Source: Carpediemonas membranifera BICM (lineage: Eukaryota; Protista; Fornicata). Taken from it: DNA of 64,000 nt. This document shows, one piece after another, positions 61,492 to 64,000 of the stretch. Every line of letters begins with the position of its first letter. Within the stretch, counting starts at the first letter, position 1. Below the pieces are notes generated by a model that saw nothing but the letters and a program-made list of their open reading frames with translations, searched no databases and was not told where the DNA came from. A program made the position numbers and the translations under genes. The stretch is taken from the NCBI GenBank assembly GCA_019828565.1, contig JAHDYR010000007.1, forward strand, positions 444,373 through 508,372. Reading direction: 5' to 3'.

Positions 61492-62569
61492 TCTTGCTGG
61501 GCTCCTTGCCGTTGAAGAAGTCCTTGAGCAGCTGCTGCACCTTGGGGATGCGGGTCGACCCGCCGACGAGCACGATCTCGTGGATCTTGGTCTTGTCGAG
61601 CTTCGCGTCGGTGAGCACGCGCTGGACGGGGTCGATGCAGCCGCGGAAGAGGTCGCCGCAGAGGTCCTCGAAGCGGGCGCGCGTGATGTTCGTGAAGAAG
61701 TCGACGCCCTCGTAGAGCGAGTCGATCTCGATCGCGGCCTGGGTCGACGACGAGAGCGTGCGCTTGGCGCGCTCGCAGGCCGTGCGCAGACGGTGCATCG
61801 CGCGGGCGTTGCCGCTGATGTCCATCTTGTGCTTGCGCTTGAACTCGGTCACGAAGTGGTTGACCATGCGGTTGTCGAAGTCCTCGCCGCCGAGGTGCGT
61901 GTCGCCCGCGGTCGCCTTGACCTCGAAGATGCCCTCGTCGATGGTGAGCAGCGAGACGTCGAACGTGCCGCCGCCGAGGTCGAAGATCAGGACGTTCTTC
62001 TCCGCGGCCGACTTGTTGTCGAGCCCGTACGCGATCGCCGCGGCGGTCGGCTCGTTGATGATGCGGAGGACCTCGAGGCCCGCGATCTGGCCGGCGTCCT
62101 TCGTGGCCTGGCGCTGCGAGTCGTTGAAGTACGCGGGGACCGTGATGACGGCCTTGCTGACGGGCTTGCCGAGGTAGGCCTCGGCGGTCTCCTTCATCTT
62201 CTGCAGGACCATGCCCGAGATCTCCTCGACCTGGAAGGTGCGGGTCTCGCCCTTGTGCTGCACCTGGACGGCCGGCTTGTCGCCCGCGCCCGCGACGACC
62301 TTGAACGGCCAGTGGCCCATGTCGGCCCGGACCTCGCGGTCGTTGAAGCGGCGCCCGATGAGGCGCTTCGCGTCGAAGACTGTGTTGGTCGGGTTCATCG
62401 CCGTCTGGTTCTTCGCGGCCTCGCCGATGAGGCGCTCGTCCTCGTTGAAGGCGACGTATGAGGGTGTTGTGCGGTTGCCCTGGTCGTTGGCGATGATCTC
62501 GACGCGGTCGTTCATGAACACGCCAACGCAGGAGTATGTGGTGCCTAAGTCGATTCCGATAGCAGTCAT
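60650..62569 (-). CDS. HSP70: Cytosolic Hsp70
   Basis: [29 protein letters not shown]-terminal GPTVEELD. Confidence 0.98.
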
Positions 62570-62583
62570 GTGCTTATCTAAGT

Positions 62584-62612
62584 CTGTGTGAGCGGTGTTG
62601 TGGGGAACGCAC
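62584..62612 (-). other. Putative 29-nt 5' UTR intron of Hsp70
   Basis: GTGCGT...CCGCTCACACAG, ending 14 nt before the ATG. Confidence 0.75.
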
Positions 62613-62778
62613 GTTGTTCACTGTTCTGCCATCCGGGGATCGATGCGATGAGCGGGCACGAAATCGATCTGATGATTGATCTGATGCCACCCCAACCAGA
62701 TGTTGCCGATGGGCTCTAGCTCAACGTCCTACGAGCCACCGCCCACCCGCGGGCCGACAGTCAGCTGTCCAATCAAGT

Positions 62779-63849
62779 TTACTCGGCGGCAGGGTTGACG
62801 ATGGCAGCGGTCAGCAGTCGCGTGCCACTCCGGTCGACCAGTGCAAAGGCAAATGGTCTGTCAAACACGAGAGGCTCGCGCTTGTCGTGTAGCACCAAGG
62901 CCTCGTCGAGCATCATGGCGGTCACTGCGGCCGCCTCGGTTCCGTCCTCGTCCACTGCCAGGAACATCTTCTGGATAGTCTTTGTCACCTGGAGCATGGG
63001 CCTGTGCTGGAGCGCGGCGAACTCGAAGCTCTCGTATTGACGAGTCAGGCCGAGCTGTCTGAGGAAGTTGTCGGCTTGGAACGACTGGTCGACCCGGAAC
63101 TTCGGAAGTGACAGGTCGACTGCATGAGGTTGGGCGGCTAACTCAGGCTGGCCGGTGGCAAGCTCGGCCAGGGCCTCTCGGAGCCCCGTCTCACCCGGCT
63201 TGTTGGGCAGACTGAAGAGCGCTAGCACATCGGTGGCCGGGGCCTTGTACTCGCCTACAAAGCCAGTGGACGTCTCAGTCCGCCACACAGACACGTGTGC
63301 GTCTTCGTTGCGCATCATATCAACAGTGACACGGTCACCGCTCAGCAAGGTGAATGGCCGCCCCACATTGCGGGTAGGGTCAAATGGAGTCACCCACCGT
63401 GCCTTGAAGTACAGGGTCGAGACTAGTGCGGCTGCGGTGTCGGGGTCCAGCTGTGTCAGGATCTGGGCGATCGCACCGTTCGTGTGGGCGGCACACCACT
63501 GGTTGATCGCGTCCACTGAGGTGAGCTGCTGGACTGTCGCGTCAAGGAAGCGGTGCTGTAGGGCTTCAATGACGGGGTCGCGGTCGCTGAAGTCTCGGAT
63601 GAATGACGTCGCGGCCGTGTGGACGCCAGATGCATTGAGACTGTCGAGCACAGCTCTGAAGGCTTTAAGAGAAACGCTGTCAATACTGAGTGCGTTGCTC
63701 AGGCTGCTATTGACGGGGGAGCTCTCATCTACTGACGTGAAGAGCAGGAGGAGCGTGTACAGCAACGAAAAGCCGCTCACACATGTTGATGCATCAGTTC
63801 TGAATGCGTATTGGCTCAGTTTGTTCTGTAGTTGATTGGCGGCATCCAT
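62779..63849 (-). CDS. Serpin with inhibitory-type hinge
   Basis: IN.W....TNG.I, LYFKA.W..PF, LPKF, VDE.GTEAAA.T, FDRPF. Confidence 0.92.
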   Translation of the reverse strand: MDAANQLQNKLSQYAFRTDASTCVSGFSLLYTLLLLFTSVDESSPVNSSLSNALSIDSVSLKAFRAVLDSLNASGVHTAATSFIRDFSDRDPVIEALQHRFLDATVQQLTSVDAINQWCAAHTNGAIAQILTQLDPDTAAALVSTLYFKARWVTPFDPTRNVGRPFTLLSGDRVTVDMMRNEDAHVSVWRTETSTGFVGEYKAPATDVLALFSLPNKPGETGLREALAELATGQPELAAQPHAVDLSLPKFRVDQSFQADNFLRQLGLTRQYESFEFAALQHRPMLQVTKTIQKMFLAVDEDGTEAAAVTAMMLDEALVLHDKREPLVFDRPFAFALVDRSGTRLLTAAIVNPAAE

Positions 63850-64000
63850 CGGTTGTCGTTGTCAACAAAGCTTCGTCATCACAACGTCACTGACAGACCT
63901 GATCTCGACCAGCATACTGTAGCAGACATTCTCGACTCAGTCCACCACACTGGACTACCGTCGGTCTTCATGTCGTCAGAGATTGGTAGGGCTGGGTGAC

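Noticed and set aside
60617-62461. 614-aa ORF antisense to Hsp70, and similar long antisense or alternate-frame ORFs over uL3, RPLP0, SCS-beta and the GPI transferase
   Set aside because: Shadow ORFs caused by extreme GC3 bias; the antisense-Hsp70 ORF is a well-known artefact.
1-64000. tRNA, rRNA, spliceosomal snRNA, CRISPR arrays, transposases, telomeric repeats
   Set aside because: None recognised by eye; divergent snRNAs could be missed without covariance-model searches.

Overview
Gene-dense, GC-rich eukaryotic DNA (standard code; about 45 genes; intergenic gaps mostly 50-500 nt; a few 28-44 nt spliceosomal introns). A succinyl-CoA synthetase beta subunit with a very short hydrogenosome-type presequence, an expanded RCC1-like family and the tiny introns suggest an anaerobic metamonad, probably a Carpediemonas-like fornicate (inference). 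Housekeeping genes include H2A, H2B, uL10/RPLP0, uL3 (two copies), eL42, Hsp70, an NDR kinase, TBCB (two copies) and a p24. Highlights: (1) H2A and H2B, 39 kb apart, share a cis-regulatory kit: a 44-bp upstream element exactly 68 nt from each ATG, an identical 6-bp/4-nt 3' stem-loop whose loop is AAAA instead of the canonical U-rich loop, and a conserved downstream element. This is a candidate non-canonical histone mRNA 3'-processing system. (2) A 2.15-kb near-perfect inverted duplication (uL3+TBCB) brackets a 4-kb potentially invertible segment. (3) Eight tiny introns share a fused branch/3' splice signal YTYACNCAG; two lie in 5' UTRs. (4) Prokaryote/virus-like genes: pyrimidine-dimer glycosylase, GloA, MBL-fold hydrolase, serpin. 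(5) Unusual architectures: PH-(GRAM-PH)x6, a triple LOTUS-like protein, and a divergent Tom40/VDAC-like barrel. All family calls come from motif recognition by eye; no searches were run.
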